64,000 bases of DNA from contig OX597843.1 in assembly GCA_951406725.2 (NCBI GenBank), forward strand, positions 11,594,001 through 11,658,000, in the 5' to 3' direction. Origin of the DNA: Octopus vulgaris (taxonomy: Eukaryota). A model generated the notes under the pieces. That model was given only the letters and a program-made list of their open reading frames with translations. It was not told the DNA's origin and ran no database searches. Within the stretch, counting starts at the first letter, position 1, and each line of letters opens with the position of its first letter. Position numbers and translations under genes: made by a program. Below, piece by piece: positions 63,062-64,000 of the stretch.

Positions 63062-63781
63062 GTATATATATATATATATGTAAAAGTAAAAAAATATACA
63101 AACTGGGACAAGAACGTGAAACATTTAGAAGACGACACAAAAAACACGTATGGGACATTCGAAGCCCTCAATCATCAGTCAAGAACCGGATCATCTTCGC
63201 AATTTTGATATACACTCTCGGAGTGGTTGGTGTTAGGAAGGGCATCCAGCTGTAGAAACATTGCCAGATCAAATTGGAGCCTGGTGTGGCCTCCTGGCTT
63301 GCCAGTCCCCAATCAAACTGTCCAACCCAAGCTAGCATGGAAAACACATTAAACAATGATGATGATGATATATATATATATAAATCTATCTTCTCTCTCT
63401 CAAACAGAAGAACAGCTTGGCGTCCTTCATTCATTTAACTTGGCACTGTATAATATAACATGTATTATGGCTTCCTCTTATTAATATGTTAGGATGCGAC
63501 CATGCAGCGTACAAGAGGAGACCTTGTCACCAAACTCCTTATGTACGGTCGTATATATATTCCTACATACACACACGACAGATTTCCACAGTTTCTGTGT
63601 ACCAAATTCACTCACAAGGAATTGGTCAGCCAAGGGTTATAATAAAAGACACTAGCCAAGGTGCCACTCGCCTTTAAGTGTGGCTGAATCCAAAGCCATG
63701 GTGTTGCAAAACAAGCTTTTTAGCCATGCCCCTCTCCAGAGAGAGAGGGCCACAAACAAGGAAAAGCCACAATCAACTTAC

Positions 63782-63909
63782 CTGATAGGAACAGGTGCGA
63801 CAGCAGTGTGCAGCAACGAGCTGTCGTCCCTTGGCATACTGTGGAGACAGCTGGATGGAACGACCGAATTGGGGGAAGTAGACTGGCCAGAAGAGGTCCT
63901 GATAGCCGG
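63782..63909 (-). CDS. RCC1/Claret-like gene, first visible exon (GYQDLFWPVYFPQFGRSIQLSPQYAKGRQLVAAHCCRTCSYQ)
   Basis: ttaatccag acceptor, CAG|GTAAGT donor; 128 nt; ends in phase 0, matching the next exon. Confidence 0.8.
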
Positions 63910-64000
63910 CTGGATTAACAAGGTGAGGTGAAGTGACCAATGGATAAAGAGAAATAAAGAAAAACATTTTGAATGACAGGTGGTGGGCATGAATGGGCAA

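Larger units (their letters stand above)
13938..63909 (-). other. Multi-exon gene, 5' end outside window: large RCC1-repeat protein, probable Claret/GLO-4-like Rab32/38 GEF
   Basis: 25 exons read by hand, all bounded by GT-AG, phases consistent, 4229 coding nt (about 1,408 aa to the stop). RCC1 motifs [81 protein letters not shown]. Gene structure is firm; the Claret assignment is recalled similarity, not a database search. Confidence 0.85.

Noticed and set aside
63140-63205. Possible additional hammerhead (minus strand CTGATGA...CGAA)
   Set aside because: GAAA is incomplete (GAAT) and I could not build consistent stems I and III.
63778-63990. Alternative frame PAIRTSSGQ...VPIR for the first visible exon
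   Set aside because: It ends in phase 2 and would hit a TGA in the next exon; the GYQDLFW frame joins cleanly.

Overview
Eukaryotic, AT-rich, repeat-dense genomic DNA. The SINE, LINE and microsatellite repertoire points to a coleoid cephalopod, probably Octopus (inference). From 13.9 kb to the right edge lies one minus-strand gene whose 5' part is outside the window. I reconstructed 25 GT-AG exons by hand; they join in one phase-consistent frame of about 1,400 codons. The protein has a long probably helical region, an RCC1-repeat beta-propeller and a C-terminal Cys/His motif, and most resembles Claret/GLO-4-type putative Rab32/38 GEFs for pigment-granule biogenesis (moderate confidence). The introns and the first 13.9 kb hold tRNA-derived SINEs, CR1/RTE/CRE LINE fragments, and mariner, hAT, piggyBac, Merlin-like and Helitron non-autonomous elements, many expanded into tandem arrays. 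The most notable non-coding signals are: (1) five hammerhead-ribozyme-like motifs in Penelope-like repeats next to (TA)n tracts, one inside a perfect 63-bp palindrome; (2) a strand-specific hairpin with periodic tandem G.A pairs and a GAAA tetraloop; (3) a one-head/seven-body SINE multimer enclosed by a single TSD; (4) two 8-bp-TSD elements carrying telomere-like repeats. No prokaryotic genes, CRISPR arrays, rRNA or true tRNA genes were seen. Repeat boundaries are approximate unless TSDs or termini are quoted.
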